Source: a bacterium (GTDB taxonomy: Bacteria > Zhuqueibacterota > Zhuqueibacteria > Oceanimicrobiales > Oceanimicrobiaceae). From it: a stretch of 64,000 nucleotides of DNA. The translations under genes were made by a program, and so were the position numbers. The notes beneath the pieces are model-generated. The model was not told the DNA's origin, made no database searches, and worked only from the letters and a program-made list of their open reading frames with translations. Positions 20,173 to 30,784 of this stretch are shown here, in pieces. Position 1 is the first letter of the stretch; the number at the start of each line of letters is the position of its first letter. The stretch is taken from positions 213,638-277,637 of the forward strand of contig JBBIIG010000001.1 in assembly GCA_037446635.1 (NCBI GenBank), read 5' to 3'.

Positions 20173-22479
20173 ATGCCCAAGTTTCCAGCCATTCTTTTCG
20201 ATATAAAAGTAGTGACCTTAATTGGCTTATTTTGTCATCCGACGCTGGCACAAGAACATAGGGAGCCCGATATGACCAAAATGGTTTCGGCAAAAGCCCT
20301 GGACCAAATTCACATTCAGATAGATTTCGAAAACGAAAAGTACACGTTCTCAAAAAATGATGTGAAGCTCGCCGGCGCCGAGATTCTCGAGATTAAAGCC
20401 GAGGGAAACTCGGTCTTCCTGAAAACCAGCGCCCTGGACTATCGAAAGAATTATTACGTTGGCATCAAAAGATATGGTAAACTCCCGGTTGATTTGGGAG
20501 TTCTACTGGATGAACTGAAATCCGAAAAACCACTGGGCTGCATCGTTGAAAACGGCCAAACCGTCTTCCGCGTGTTTGCACCTCGGGCCACCTCAGTGAC
20601 GCTGGTGTTATTTGAAACCCACGCTGACTCCACTGGCTCAGAATTCAACATGCAAAAAGACTCGGAGGGCGTTTGGGAGTTTGCCATCGAAGGAACTCAA
20701 TGGGGAAAATACTACGGCTACAAAGTAGCGGGGCCTGTCGACGCGACCGAGCAATTCGCCCCCAAAACCGTCATCGCCGACCCGTACTCGAAAGCGGTGT
20801 GCACGAAAAACTCGTATCTCCACGAAGCCAAAAGCATCATCCTCAAAACCGATGACTACGATTGGGAAGGCGACGCGCCGCTCTCCATTAAATGGGAAGA
20901 CCTGATCATCTACGAAGCGCACGTGCGCGACCTGACCGCGCATCCCTCTTCCGGCGCTAAAGAAAAAGGCACGTACCGAGGTTTCATTGAAACCGGAACC
21001 CGCGGCGGCGTGAATCACATTCTGGAATTGGGGGCGAACGCGGTGGAGCTGCTCCCCATTCATGAATTCGGCAACATCGAAATTCCGTACCAGAAAAACG
21101 TCAACGGCGTGGTCAACACCTGGAATCCCTACGAACGCAATCACTGGGGCTACATGACGTCGTACTTTTTCGCCCCGGAGTCCTATTACGCCAGCGACGG
21201 CAATATGCGCCCCGGCGACTACTGCGGAATTCGCGGCCAGCAGGTGAACGAATTCAAAGACCTGGTGAAAGCCTTGCACAAAAAAGGCATCGCGGTGATT
21301 CTCGACGTGGTTTACAATCACGTCTCGGAATACGATCTCAATGCGCTCAAGTACATCGACAAGAAGTACTACTTCCGCCTCGATCCCAAAATGGATTTCG
21401 TGGCGCTCAGCGGCTGCGGCAACGATTTCAAAACCGCGCGGCCGATGGCGCGGCGGCTGATCGTTGACAGCGTCAAATACTGGCTGCAAGAATATCACAT
21501 CGATGGCTTCCGTTTCGATCTGGCGACGCTCATCGATTGGGAGACGGTGGAGGCAATCACGGAGGCCGCCAAGAAAGTTAATCCAAATGTGATCTTGATC
21601 GCCGAGCCCTGGGGCGGCGGCAAATACGATCTCGGCGGATTCTCGCAGCGCGGCTGGGGCGCGTGGAACGATCTCATCCGCAATGGCGTCAAAGGCCAAA
21701 ATCCGCACAACGCGCCGGGCTGGATTTTCGGCAGCTTCTGCTGCGGCAACAATCCGAAAACTCTCGCGGCTTACGTGCGCGGCTCGACGCACGAATACGG
21801 CGGGCCGTTTGTGAAGCCAGCGCATTCGATCAACTATCTTGAGTCGCACGACGATCACACCCTTGGCGATTTCATTCGCATCGCCAGCGGTGAAGTCGAT
21901 CCGTCGCAGCCGGTCAATGGCGAGTACGCGAAGCTTACTTCTTCGCAACTCAAGCTTCACAAACTGGCGGCGGTGTTTCTTTTCACCAGCCAGGGGCCGA
22001 TCATGATTTCCGAGGGGCAGGAATTTGGCCGCAGCAAAGTCATCGCGCCCACTGACGCGCCCGATGAACACGTCGGCTTCATCGATCACAATTCCTACAA
22101 CAAAGACAACGAAACCAACTGGCTCAACTTCGATCACAAAGAAATGAATCGCGAGCTAGTGGATTACTACCGCGGGTTGATTGATTTGAGAAAAAATCAT
22201 CGCGCCCTGCGTTGGACGCCCGGCGAGAAGATCCATTTCCTCAAATCCGAGAGCCCGTTTGCGCTTGGTTTTCATCTCCCCAAAGAAGCGTCGGGAGATA
22301 AGTGGGATTTCGTTGTGCTGATGAATGCGAATCCTGAGCAAACAGTTTCATTTGATTTGCCCAAGGGATTTTGGCGGAAAGTGGTGGACGGGCAGCGCGC
22401 CGGCAGAGAACCGTTTGGGGAGATCATTTCGGAAAAAGTAACGGCGCCAGCGGTGACAGGTGTGGTTTTAATCCAATAA
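20173..22479 (+). CDS. Pullulanase/isoamylase-type GH13 with CBM48
   Basis: FRVFAPRA, IYEAHVRD, WGY, DVVYNH, DGFRFDL, AEPW, ESHDD. Confidence 0.93.
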   Translation: MPKFPAILFDIKVVTLIGLFCHPTLAQEHREPDMTKMVSAKALDQIHIQIDFENEKYTFSKNDVKLAGAEILEIKAEGNSVFLKTSALDYRKNYYVGIKRYGKLPVDLGVLLDELKSEKPLGCIVENGQTVFRVFAPRATSVTLVLFETHADSTGSEFNMQKDSEGVWEFAIEGTQWGKYYGYKVAGPVDATEQFAPKTVIADPYSKAVCTKNSYLHEAKSIILKTDDYDWEGDAPLSIKWEDLIIYEAHVRDLTAHPSSGAKEKGTYRGFIETGTRGGVNHILELGANAVELLPIHEFGNIEIPYQKNVNGVVNTWNPYERNHWGYMTSYFFAPESYYASDGNMRPGDYCGIRGQQVNEFKDLVKALHKKGIAVILDVVYNHVSEYDLNALKYIDKKYYFRLDPKMDFVALSGCGNDFKTARPMARRLIVDSVKYWLQEYHIDGFRFDLATLIDWETVEAITEAAKKVNPNVILIAEPWGGGKYDLGGFSQRGWGAWNDLIRNGVKGQNPHNAPGWIFGSFCCGNNPKTLAAYVRGSTHEYGGPFVKPAHSINYLESHDDHTLGDFIRIASGEVDPSQPVNGEYAKLTSSQLKLHKLAAVFLFTSQGPIMISEGQEFGRSKVIAPTDAPDEHVGFIDHNSYNKDNETNWLNFDHKEMNRELVDYYRGLIDLRKNHRALRWTPGEKIHFLKSESPFALGFHLPKEASGDKWDFVVLMNANPEQTVSFDLPKGFWRKVVDGQRAGREPFGEIISEKVTAPAVTGVVLIQ

Positions 22480-22490
22480 TCAAAGAACAA

Positions 22491-22928
22491 TTATTTTTTA
22501 CTAAGATGCGGGTACCCTTTCTCTCCCCCATCCCCATTCGAAACCGGAAACCCCAGCTCCGCCCAACCTTTCTGCACCACGTTGCCGAACATATCGCGCT
22601 TGCCGCTAAACCCGCCATCGACGTTGGCTAAATTCTGGTAGCCCACCTGCTCCAGAATTTGACACGCCAGGTACGAACGCGGCCCCGCAGCGCAGCCAAT
22701 AATCAGTTTCGCGTCCTTTGCAAAATTCCTTTCGAACACGTCCACAAAATCAGGATTGTCTTCCATCATCTGAATTTCGGAGTTAAAATCTTTGATGGGA
22801 ATATTATAGGCCTCCGCGGGACGCCCTTTTTGAAACTCCAATTGCGAACGGACGTCCACGTAAACGTAGCCGTCGTTTTTATCCAAAAGCTCCTTGGCTT
22901 GCGCCGGGGTTATTTGTTTGAATGGCAT
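22491..22928 (-). CDS. Rhodanese-like domain protein
   Basis: VDVRS, active-site CAAGPRS, DGGF; AAGGAG RBS. Confidence 0.9.
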   Translation of the reverse strand: MPFKQITPAQAKELLDKNDGYVYVDVRSQLEFQKGRPAEAYNIPIKDFNSEIQMMEDNPDFVDVFERNFAKDAKLIIGCAAGPRSYLACQILEQVGYQNLANVDGGFSGKRDMFGNVVQKGWAELGFPVSNGDGGEKGYPHLSKK

Positions 22929-22954
22929 CGTTTTCACTCCTTTGCTTGTTACCG

Positions 22955-22987
22955 GCGTTTACTAAACCTTAAAGGTTTAGTAAACGC
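22955..22987. repeat. Palindrome GCGTTTACTAAACCTT-a-AAGGTTTAGTAAACGC
   Basis: 16-bp perfect arms; same family as 5760-5786. Confidence 0.8.
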
Positions 22988-23069
22988 TACAAAGCTTTTT
23001 CATTGCAACTTTGTGAGAGCCTGCTAAATTAATTTGCAAAATATAAAAAAACCGAGGGAGGAAATCCAA

Positions 23070-24371
23070 TTGAAAATTTCGAGAATGATTCTAACGCTTC
23101 TCAGCTTTATCTGCGCCGTCTCTTCTGCAAAAGCAAGCGGTACCAACGAGATGTACGGCAAGCCCCTCAAAGAAATCCGCATCTCCGGCGCGCGTTATAC
23201 CGACACTCACATCCTCACCCGCGAGCTGGCGTCCAAAGTCGGCCAGCCCTATTTGAAAGAGAACGCCGAAAAAGATTATGCCCGGCTGGATCGGCTGGAT
23301 ATTTTCAGCTCAGTTAAAATTACGCCGCTGTTAGAAAATGATAGCGTGGCGCTGCAAATCGACGTGAAAGAAATTTTCCCGTACCTGCCCTTTTTCAGTT
23401 ACGAAGTTACGGACGAAAACGGCTTTGCCGGCGGGCCGGGATTTCAATCGGTGAACTTGCTGCGGCGCGATATTTTCTTTTTTGGCGCGGCGCGCTTCGG
23501 CGGCGCCACCAACATCAATTTTTTGTACGAAAACCCGTGGATTGCCGGCAACCATTTTTCGGTGCGGTTTGAATTTTATCAGCGCGACCGCTTCAACGAT
23601 CTCGATGATTTCAACGAAATCGCCAGCGAAGCCAATTTGCAAATTGGCAGCTTCATCGGCGAGTACGGCCGCATCGGCGGGCGGCTCGGTTTTCTTTCCA
23701 TCAAAAGCGATTCCGCGGGGCGCACGCTCGCGACCAGCAATCGCGACAACCTGCCGACCCTCGGATTTTATATCGGATACGACAGCCGCGACCTGTGGTC
23801 GAATCCCCACCGCGGCTGGCACAATGAATTCGAGATTTCCAAAAGCGGCGGCTTGCTCGGCGCGGACGGCGACTACTGGTCGTTTACGTTCGATGTTCGC
23901 CGGTACCTGCCCATCATTAATCGCCACACCCTCGCGATCTTCTCCCTCGCCACCTTGCGCATCGGCGACGTGGGCGACGAAATTCCACCGCATCAGGATT
24001 TTCACATCGGCGGCACCAACAGCGTGCGCGGCTGGGAATTGGATTCGCGGCGCGGCAAGCATCAGTTCCTCAACACCGCGGAATATCGCTTCACACTGCT
24101 GGAACCGCGTCTGCTCACCGCGCCTTTTGGACTAACCTTCGACATCGGACTCCAACTCGCCCTCTTCGGCGATCTCGGCATCGCGTGGGACGAATCCGAG
24201 CAATTCAAGTCCGATAACTTCATCGGCGGCTTCGGTTTTGGTCTGCGGTTTCTCGTTCCCTTCGTCAACATGTTCCGCGTGGATTTTGGCTTCGGCGAGC
24301 CGGGGGAAAGCATTCGGCTGCACATCGGCGCATTTGAGAAACCGGTGGCGCAGCGGTTCCGGGTGCGGTAA
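23070..24371 (+). CDS. Omp85/BamA-TamA family outer-membrane protein with one POTRA domain
   Basis: Signal peptide, POTRA (RLDRLDIFSSV), GGTNSVRGW lid motif, GFGLR. Confidence 0.85.
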   Translation: MKISRMILTLLSFICAVSSAKASGTNEMYGKPLKEIRISGARYTDTHILTRELASKVGQPYLKENAEKDYARLDRLDIFSSVKITPLLENDSVALQIDVKEIFPYLPFFSYEVTDENGFAGGPGFQSVNLLRRDIFFFGAARFGGATNINFLYENPWIAGNHFSVRFEFYQRDRFNDLDDFNEIASEANLQIGSFIGEYGRIGGRLGFLSIKSDSAGRTLATSNRDNLPTLGFYIGYDSRDLWSNPHRGWHNEFEISKSGGLLGADGDYWSFTFDVRRYLPIINRHTLAIFSLATLRIGDVGDEIPPHQDFHIGGTNSVRGWELDSRRGKHQFLNTAEYRFTLLEPRLLTAPFGLTFDIGLQLALFGDLGIAWDESEQFKSDNFIGGFGFGLRFLVPFVNMFRVDFGFGEPGESIRLHIGAFEKPVAQRFRVR

Positions 24372-24375
24372 AATG

Positions 24376-24402
24376 TCAAACACCGTCTCAGACGGTGTTT
24401 GA
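24376..24402. repeat. Palindrome TCAAACACCGTCT-c-AGACGGTGTTTGA
   Basis: 13-bp perfect arms between convergent genes. Confidence 0.7.
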
Positions 24403-24542
24403 TCGGTTATCAAAATCAACCAAAAATTTCTGACACGCCAAATGGCGCTGAATTTGACCCGGCGATCTTGCATTATTGGGGAAGAATATGCCTGCCTGCA
24501 TCTGCGAAGACGGATCCGCCAAGCGAACACACGCCAGTAAAA

Positions 24543-27500
24543 TTAAAGTTTTGCCGGCCTGCGCAGGCGGGCACTCGGCCTCTTGCGAGTCTTCGCCGTC
24601 TTTGTTTTCGCGGCGCGCTTCTTTTTTGCTGGAACACTGTTTCCATCCAGCGCCGACAACAACTTCTCCACCTTGAACTCCGACTCCTTCTCCGCTTGCC
24701 GCCATTTGTCAATGATGGCGAATACATCCGCAATGGCTTTGGCTGCTTTCGTTTTCACTACTTTCGGCTGCGACGTGATCTGTATGACGGCAACGCTAAA
24801 CAGCCACCACAGCAGCTTCTCGAAATTTTCTTTGTTGAACCACAAAATCTCATTGAAGCGGTTCACTTTCAGAAACTGTTGAACGTCTGCAGATTTCAAC
24901 AAGCGCCTCAGCAGATGATGTACCCGGTTTTTGTTTGCCCGTCCAGCAGGCGGGCCTCCCTGAAGATCGTCAGGCGAGCCGTCTTCGGAAAAATACCAAC
25001 TTTGCTGCGCCACGAGCAGCGCCACCAGTTGCCGCGCCTCCCACTTTTGGCCTTCATCCAATCCCAACTTGCCGAGCACATTTTGCAGCCGCTTGCCCAA
25101 CAGCCACTCGTCGAACCAACTGCGGCTCAACATTTCGAAATCTTTTTCTTTGAGAATTTTGCCGATCGCATGGGTGCACAACCAGCCAAACGCAACCGCG
25201 TCCACAAACGGGCCGTCTGCAAATTCATCTTTCAAAATTTTTGCTGCCGCCGAAAATAACTTCGCCTTCGCCATCGGGAAACGGCGGCCCACGGACTCCA
25301 TTTGCAGAAAGGACTCCATTCTCGCGCGCACCGTTTTCGCCAGCAGATTTTCCTTGCCGCGACCCGATGAAAAATGCTTGGCCTGCGTTAAAAACTCCGA
25401 ATACTTCTTTTCAAAATCATCCAAAAATACTTTTGCATTTTTTTTGTTTGACCGAGCTTCCGAAAACCGTTGCAGCATCTCAGCATTCACGAGGGCATCG
25501 TAGGTTTGGTGCAGCGGCATGAGATACAGCTCCCGCAGCGCCTCATCAATGCTGGGCACGCCGCGCCCGTTGAGATGCGCTGCAAGCTGGGCGTAGTGCC
25601 GCCACTCGTTGTCGTGCACCTGGCGAAAATCAAGATAGACGTGGTATTTGTACGCGCCCAGTTCCACGTACAAGCCGTGCTCGCACAACTCTTTGCTGTT
25701 GCGAAGGTATTCGAGTCCCGACACGTGGTCGCGGAAAATGCAAAAATAATTTTCGTTGTGATAGATGCCGAGCCCCTGTCCGAGATCGCGCTGAATCAAT
25801 CGCGTTTCATCGCCGACACCGGTTTTGACCGCGAACGCCGTGGAGTAGCGAATCCAGCCGCGCGCATCGGCAAATTTATTGTTATAAATCACCAGCGCCC
25901 GTTCATCGCCAAAACGATTCGAGTACGCAAAGACATTTTCGTTGACGCTGCCATCGGGATTGAAAAAATCATACAGGAGAAAATTTTCCACTTCGGCGAA
26001 GAGATAGCGTTTTTTCATCAACGGAAAAATTTCGCGCACGTGGCGCTGCACCAGCCACTCGTCCACCGGCTCGTCCCAATACGCGCGGCGGTACTCCATG
26101 CCGTATTTTTCGGTGAAGCCTTCAATCTGGCCGTGGCCAAACATGGGCAGGCCGGGCATGGTCACCAGCATCGTGCAGACGCCGAAGTATTTGTCGTCTT
26201 TGCCGAATTGCGCCACCGCGGTGTCCTCGTCCGGATTGTTCATGAAATTAACGTAGCGCTTCAAAATTTCCGGATTGAACTGAATAGTATTTTTGATGGT
26301 ATCGCGGTACTTTTGATTTTCCTCATTTTTCAGCATGTTCATAAACGCGCTGTTGTACACGCGATGCATCCCAAGCGTGCGGACAAAATATCCCTCCATC
26401 AACCAGAAGGCCTCGGCCAGCAGCAGCGTGTCCGGCGCTTCAACGGCCACGCGATCCACGACCTCACGCCAGAATTCATTGGGCATGGCTTTGTTGAACT
26501 CATCTTTCGTCAATCCGTGACCGGCGCGCGAGGGAATGTCGCCGCCCGTGCCCGGTTCCGGAAACCACAGCCGCTGATAATGACGTTTCGTCAACGTCAT
26601 CGCCGCGTCGAAGCGAATCACCGAAAAATTGTGCGCCACATGCAGAATCGTCCGAATCACCGCCTCACGAACTTCCGGATTCAAGTAATTCAGTTGCGCG
26701 GTGTCATTCCACGGCATGCGGGTGCCGTCGTTGCCGTGATAAATGTAGCGCACGTCGCCGGTCCAAAAATCGTGGCGTTTGAACACCACCGCCGCGTCCT
26801 GCCGGCTGTAATATTTATCGTCGATGAAAATTCCGTAGCGCGGATCGGACGACAAATTCGGGCCATTGAACGAATACGAGGGGAACGGCGGATACGGCAG
26901 GGAGATGTACCAGTCGGGATGCTCGCGCACCCAGCGCGAATCGATGCCGGTGTGATTGGGCACCATGTCGCAGCCGAGGCGGATGCCGCGCAGGCCGCAG
27001 CGATATTTCAAATTTTGCAGCGCCTCCCAGCCGCCTAATTCGTGGGCGATTTCATAATCAAACAGCGAATAGGCCGAAGACTCCGCCTCCGGATTGCCAC
27101 ACAATTGCTTGATGCGCTTTGAGGCCGGGCTGCGCTCCCAGATGCCGATGAGCCAGAGCCCGGTGAAGCCCCAGCGCGCGAGGGTGTCGAGTTCCTCGTC
27201 CGGAATTTGATCAAGCCGGGTGATGGCGCGCTGGTATTTTTTTGAAAGCTGATCGAGCCACACGAGTGTGCTTTTGGCGATGAGCACCAGCCGCGGCATC
27301 CAGTGCAGATCCGGGCTGAAACGCTCGGGCTCATACTCGTGCTGCCAAAACGACGGCGCGACCGTGGGCGGCGGCCCGAAGAAGATCGCTTTGATTTCTT
27401 CCTTGATCAAATCGAAACTGGCGAGCAGGCGCAGCAGCAACCCTTCGATCAGCATTCCCCAATGCAGGCGAATGAAGTGGAGCTGATCTTCCAGCGAATG

Positions 27501-28211
27501 CGGGGCGTTCTTTGCCGGCAACCGCAGAAACTCGACGAGATTGAAACCGGCGGCAATTTTCGGCTGCGTTTCAAAAAACTCGTGCAGGCTGTGCATCATG
27601 CTTACATAAACGGTTTCCTTTTCCAGCGGCTCGTCATCGAACAATTCCAGAAACGGCGAAAACGCCGGGTTAAGATTGGCCAGCCACAGCAGCAGCATTT
27701 CTTCCAAAACCAATTCGCGGTTGGCAACGCCGGCAGTGCTGCCTTGCAGATAAAGTCGCGGCGCGGTTTTCCCTTTGTAAACTTCCAGCGGCGGAAACTC
27801 TTCGAGAAACTTCAGCAGCGTTTTATCGACCGGCTCTTCACCGTGTTTGTTTTGCAACCAGTCAAGCGCCTCGCGGAACACCTGCGGCTTCACTTGCTTG
27901 CGGTAGTGGGCGATGACAATGTGCAGAATCTCGTCGATCAATCCCAGCGCGTTGATCTGACCGGCTTTCACCGCCTGTTCGGGATGGCTGGCCAGATCGC
28001 GCTTCTCATTCATCTTTTGGGCAAAAATTCGCGCGGCGTGGAAATCCGCAAACACCACGTTGCCCGTGGAGGTGAAGAGATGATCATCGAACTGGTATTT
28101 TTCCCGCGCCCGTCGCGAGACATGAAACTCCATTGCGGGAGAAGAAAGGAACTCATGAGTCGATTCAACGTCGCCAAACTTCCGGAATCGAATTCGCAGC
28201 AATTTCGCCAA
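24543..28211 (-). CDS. Large GH13 alpha-amylase family protein
   Basis: DMVPNH, WNDTAQLNY, IRFDAAM, AEAFW, NNPDE; GAGGAG RBS before a TTG start. Confidence 0.9.
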   Translation of the reverse strand: MAKLLRIRFRKFGDVESTHEFLSSPAMEFHVSRRAREKYQFDDHLFTSTGNVVFADFHAARIFAQKMNEKRDLASHPEQAVKAGQINALGLIDEILHIVIAHYRKQVKPQVFREALDWLQNKHGEEPVDKTLLKFLEEFPPLEVYKGKTAPRLYLQGSTAGVANRELVLEEMLLLWLANLNPAFSPFLELFDDEPLEKETVYVSMMHSLHEFFETQPKIAAGFNLVEFLRLPAKNAPHSLEDQLHFIRLHWGMLIEGLLLRLLASFDLIKEEIKAIFFGPPPTVAPSFWQHEYEPERFSPDLHWMPRLVLIAKSTLVWLDQLSKKYQRAITRLDQIPDEELDTLARWGFTGLWLIGIWERSPASKRIKQLCGNPEAESSAYSLFDYEIAHELGGWEALQNLKYRCGLRGIRLGCDMVPNHTGIDSRWVREHPDWYISLPYPPFPSYSFNGPNLSSDPRYGIFIDDKYYSRQDAAVVFKRHDFWTGDVRYIYHGNDGTRMPWNDTAQLNYLNPEVREAVIRTILHVAHNFSVIRFDAAMTLTKRHYQRLWFPEPGTGGDIPSRAGHGLTKDEFNKAMPNEFWREVVDRVAVEAPDTLLLAEAFWLMEGYFVRTLGMHRVYNSAFMNMLKNEENQKYRDTIKNTIQFNPEILKRYVNFMNNPDEDTAVAQFGKDDKYFGVCTMLVTMPGLPMFGHGQIEGFTEKYGMEYRRAYWDEPVDEWLVQRHVREIFPLMKKRYLFAEVENFLLYDFFNPDGSVNENVFAYSNRFGDERALVIYNNKFADARGWIRYSTAFAVKTGVGDETRLIQRDLGQGLGIYHNENYFCIFRDHVSGLEYLRNSKELCEHGLYVELGAYKYHVYLDFRQVHDNEWRHYAQLAAHLNGRGVPSIDEALRELYLMPLHQTYDALVNAEMLQRFSEARSNKKNAKVFLDDFEKKYSEFLTQAKHFSSGRGKENLLAKTVRARMESFLQMESVGRRFPMAKAKLFSAAAKILKDEFADGPFVDAVAFGWLCTHAIGKILKEKDFEMLSRSWFDEWLLGKRLQNVLGKLGLDEGQKWEARQLVALLVAQQSWYFSEDGSPDDLQGGPPAGRANKNRVHHLLRRLLKSADVQQFLKVNRFNEILWFNKENFEKLLWWLFSVAVIQITSQPKVVKTKAAKAIADVFAIIDKWRQAEKESEFKVEKLLSALDGNSVPAKKKRAAKTKTAKTRKRPSARLRRPAKL

Positions 28212-28243
28212 AATGCTCTCCTCGAGATTTAAGTATGAAATTG

Positions 28244-28277
28244 ACCGTAGGGGTAATTCATGAATTACCCCTACGGT
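28244..28277. repeat. GTAG-type REP palindrome
   Basis: Perfect 34-bp palindrome; 28-bp core is identical to 60348-60375. Confidence 0.85.
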
Positions 28278-28408
28278 GAATATAACTTCGATGAGATTCT
28301 TTGTAAAGGGAAAACTTGCGGCAGAGTTTGCGACAAAACAAGATGTGAGGTTCTGTGAGAGATTTGAACCTCCCCCGGATCGATTGCACCAGAGGAGGTT
28401 CGATTTAT

Positions 28409-30178
28409 TTATCGAATGAGCAGCATTTTCCGAACCTGGAAAAACGAGCCGGCTTGCAAGCGATACACGTAAATTCCGCTGGCCAGCTGCCGGCCAGCGT
28501 CATCGCGGCCATCCCACTGCGTTTGATGCGAGCCGCCATCTTGCTGCTGGTGCACCAGCGTGCGGATTTTTTCACCCAGCGTGTTAAACACTTCCAAACG
28601 CACGGCATGACGCCCCGCCGGCAGTTCGTACCGAATCAATGTTACAGGATTAAAGGGATTCGGGAAGTTTTGCTGCAAACGAAATCCTGCCGGCAGATTG
28701 GGGGACTCGCCTGTCACACTGGTAACGTTCACGGTGACTTCGTTGGAAAGGACGCTTTCCCCTTCGTCGTATTGTGCGCTGACGGCATAAAAGTAGGTGG
28801 TACCCACGACGGTGTTATTGTCGATAAAGCTCAGGATGTTGGCCTCCACCGAGCCAATTAAATTCTGACTCTCCGCGGTAACTGGCGAAGTCTCGCTGCG
28901 GTAGATGTTGAAGCTTTGCAGGGCCGCCGTCTTTGATAGAGAATACAATCTCTGCGAATTGGCATTGTGATATGAACCGCTGAATTCGTGGCCGCCTGAT
29001 ACTCCAGACAGACTCCTTTCTTTCATTACCGCTGATTTTTTTTCTCCTTCAAAATTGGACGACGCCAACGCAGCCGTCGTAACATTTGAAGTCACGATCG
29101 CGCGAATAATGAAATTACCTGGGAATCCCAAATCGCCGCTGCGGACAAACGCTCCAGTGGAGGGATTTCGTAACCACGACCGCAGAGCATCGATTGAGTT
29201 GGTATCTCGGTCAATGGCAAAATCTCCGGTTTCACCCGACACAAAAAAGAGCGCAATATAAAAATCGCCGTTTGCAATAGAGATAGGGGTTGGAAACTCG
29301 GCTTGAATTAAACCGGCCTCGTTGAATGTAACAATGCCATCAAACACCGGTGAGTTGACCGGGCCGACGTTCATTGCAGCCGGATCCAGATAAACGCGCA
29401 CCCCGTAATCATCCGGCTCTACATCCCCACTAGCGCCGAATACAAAAGAAATTAAATTAACTGGATACGAGGGAGGCGTAAACCTTACGGCCAGCTCAGC
29501 GCCATCAAAATTTCCTCTTATGCCAATTTCAGCCGAGCCATCGTCATACGCTATCTCGGTTGTATCGCGAAGCGGCGGGGCCCCCGGCGATTGCCAATTA
29601 AGCTGCACACCCTCTGTAATCAGCGCGGCCGTCAGATTAAGCGGCGGATCCAAGATAATAATGCACGGCGTAACCGGCGCGGCGTTCCAGGCGCCGGTGA
29701 CGCTGCTGCCGCCGCATTGATTGTTGGAATAGGAAAAACTGCCACTGACGGATTGCCCGTCCTCCGAAAACGTTCCGCTGAGGGAGCCGGAACTAATGGT
29801 GGGAATGTTGTAGCTGATGTTAAAACTATTGCCAGAAACAGTAACAGGAAAGTTTTTAACCTCCACGGTGGTGCAGCCACCGACGTTTCGAAAAATGATG
29901 CGAAACGTATCGATGGTGGTCTGGTTAATCAAGTTGAAGCGGACGTCGTTGTTACCGGTCCACAGCCCCTCACAAAGCTCGTTGCCCCCCGCGACCGCGT
30001 CCGCCATTTGCGGCCCGCGATCCGAAAAAGTGAACATCTCGCCGTTGGCCTGAGTGATCGTAACCACGGTCACCGGCTGAACTGTGGCCGCATCCGTTTC
30101 AATTTGTTGCCCTTGTAGGGACACGAACGAGCCGATCACCAACAGCGTCACCACTACAACAGTTGTTGTTTTTTTCAT
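28409..30178 (-). CDS. Secreted modular protein with FN3-like segments and T9SS-type/FlgD-like C-terminal domain
   Basis: Signal peptide; PPLNL...LNW and YFYAVSA FN3-like parts; LQQNFPNPFNP...WDGRDD...ASGIYVYRL tail. Confidence 0.85.
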   Translation of the reverse strand: MKKTTTVVVVTLLVIGSFVSLQGQQIETDAATVQPVTVVTITQANGEMFTFSDRGPQMADAVAGGNELCEGLWTGNNDVRFNLINQTTIDTFRIIFRNVGGCTTVEVKNFPVTVSGNSFNISYNIPTISSGSLSGTFSEDGQSVSGSFSYSNNQCGGSSVTGAWNAAPVTPCIIILDPPLNLTAALITEGVQLNWQSPGAPPLRDTTEIAYDDGSAEIGIRGNFDGAELAVRFTPPSYPVNLISFVFGASGDVEPDDYGVRVYLDPAAMNVGPVNSPVFDGIVTFNEAGLIQAEFPTPISIANGDFYIALFFVSGETGDFAIDRDTNSIDALRSWLRNPSTGAFVRSGDLGFPGNFIIRAIVTSNVTTAALASSNFEGEKKSAVMKERSLSGVSGGHEFSGSYHNANSQRLYSLSKTAALQSFNIYRSETSPVTAESQNLIGSVEANILSFIDNNTVVGTTYFYAVSAQYDEGESVLSNEVTVNVTSVTGESPNLPAGFRLQQNFPNPFNPVTLIRYELPAGRHAVRLEVFNTLGEKIRTLVHQQQDGGSHQTQWDGRDDAGRQLASGIYVYRLQAGSFFQVRKMLLIR

Positions 30179-30304
30179 GGCGCCCTCGTAGTTAGTTGAT
30201 TAATTTATTGTTCGCTCTTAGAGTTGAACAATATCAAAAAACTTTTGTAAAGCTAAATACGTGAGGAGGAAGGATTAACAAGAAAATGGAAAAAAGCGAC
30301 GTTA

Positions 30305-30727
30305 TTAATTTCCCGCCTCGACCAACTTCTTAATCTTTTCGTTATCCTTCTCGATGCCGCTGCTGATGGTTTTGATGGTTTCGGGAGACAGGTCATCTTC
30401 ATAAAAGCTGGTGCGCACCATCAGGGTGCCGTTAGGAATGGATTTGAGCAGGATCACGGCATCGCCCGTTAGCGGGCCGCCAAAGCGGCGGTAGCCAATT
30501 TTTTCATTTTCAACGAATTCTGTGATCTCGACGTTGTACTGAATCAGCGGGGTGTCGGCATCCCCGGCAATCACCTTCGCCTGCGTCCCCACGCCCGCCT
30601 GGCCATCGGAGTAGCCCTGAACCTCTTTGACGAAATTGAAGAGCTTGGTCCAGTTTTTGGGATGAATTTGCGCCCACACTTTTTCCGCCGAAGCGTTGAT
30701 CAAAATGGAACGAGTGATTTCGGTCAT
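30305..30727 (-). CDS. SRPBCC family protein
   Basis: ITRSILINASAEKVW; GVGT; ITEFVENEKI. Confidence 0.8.
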   Translation of the reverse strand: MTEITRSILINASAEKVWAQIHPKNWTKLFNFVKEVQGYSDGQAGVGTQAKVIAGDADTPLIQYNVEITEFVENEKIGYRRFGGPLTGDAVILLKSIPNGTLMVRTSFYEDDLSPETIKTISSGIEKDNEKIKKLVEAGN

Positions 30728-30784
30728 GGGGCGTCTCCAGTTCTATAAGTTTGTAAACATTGCTTATCTAAGCAAAGTTTTTTT

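Noticed and set aside
20638..27038. Long antisense ORFs (20638-22137, 25470-27038; also 3128-4198, 45422-46426, 61599-62642)
   Set aside because: They are shadow frames of GC-rich genes, with no recognisable motifs.
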